In this document: positions 63,310-64,000 of the stretch, piece after piece | Layout: each line of letters begins with the position of its first letter | How positions within the stretch are numbered: the first letter of the stretch is position 1 | Source: Reclinomonas americana ATCC 50394 | Lineage: Eukaryota | DNA: 64,000 nucleotides | Assembly (NCBI GenBank): GCA_048213135.1 | Contig: PS015082.1 | Location: 162,466-226,465, forward strand | Direction of reading: 5' to 3' | Translations under genes and position numbers: made by a program | Notes under the pieces: model-generated | Seen by the model: the letters and a program-made list of their open reading frames with translations, nothing else | Databases searched by the model: none | Told to the model about the DNA's origin: nothing

Positions 63310-63952
63310 CTACTGGATGCCTGTTGGCGACGGAGCGTCGGCTGTATCCGTGGCCGGCATGGACGCCGACGCAGCCGCTGCCGACGACGATGCCTTTTCC
63401 GCGTACTGCAGCCCACGCGTGGAGTGACACGCCGTAAAGTCCAGCACGATCTCTCTGCACACACAAGTGACACTGAGCAGCGACACGAGACAACTCCCTC
63501 GCCAGATGCGCACAAACAAACACCGAACGCAACACTCGACGATGCTCGCCCGGCACAACACCCGCACTCTCCGCCAACGTCATCCGCGGATCCTTCAGTG
63601 GCACCGGCTGCTCCTGACTGCGCGCTGCCGCCGCCATCAACTCACGAATGCGCGCATCGCGCTGTGCCGCGGTCGACTCGGCAAACATTGGATCCTGCTC
63701 GACCATCGCCCGCAGCTCGTTCACCGCCGGAAGCGGAGTGCTCTTGCTCGGCATCACCACCATCTTCCACTTGCCAAGCGGAGTCTCCTCGTACTCGGCG
63801 ATCAGACGCTCCAGTTCCGCCGCGGTGATGCTCGGACTGTGAACAACAACGTCAAGCGCGTAACAAAGAGAGAATCGCATCTTGCTCTCGTCGCTCACCT
63901 CACGTCCAGTGGCACCTTGCGTGGTGTCAGCAGTGAGATCACCAGGTGGCAC
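63310..63952 (-). CDS. 3' part of an uncharacterised spliced gene running off the window
   Basis: Coding-like exons (PSITAAELERLIAEYEETPLGKWK..., EIVLDFTACH...) flanked by GT-AG introns; no family recognised. Confidence 0.45.
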
Positions 63953-64000
63953 ACGTCGCCACTTGCACTGTCGCTGCTCTCGCTCGATTGCATGTCTTGT

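Overview
Gene-dense, GC-rich, intron-rich eukaryotic (protist-like) scaffold with several N gaps and the standard genetic code; introns are mostly about 55-85 nt. Manual splicing gives about 24 genes: a tandem array of four VIT+vWA (VWA5A-like) genes, an FAD monooxygenase, a TLC protein, a bacterial/cyanobacterial-type glucose-6-phosphate isomerase, a DUF1295 protein, an OGFr-like protein, a SAM-MAP3K kinase head-to-head with a DENN-IQ-(NACK_C-like) gene, CMTR2, an alpha-arrestin, DBR1, GPI8, UBE2T, a BTB-BACK protein, two tandem chitin synthases, a DUF4139-like gene with an internal G76S ubiquitin, two SMYD-type SET genes and two uncharacterised genes. The main unexpected signal is a second, abundant 5' splice-site class: about 30 introns (roughly one in five by a rough manual tally) begin with GT-N-NNGY (mostly GTTGCGT/GTTTCGT), the usual GTGCGT/GTTCGT donor displaced by one base. 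These donors usually lack the exonic -1 G, and conserved protein motifs fix cleavage at the GT. All gene models are manual inferences without RNA data.
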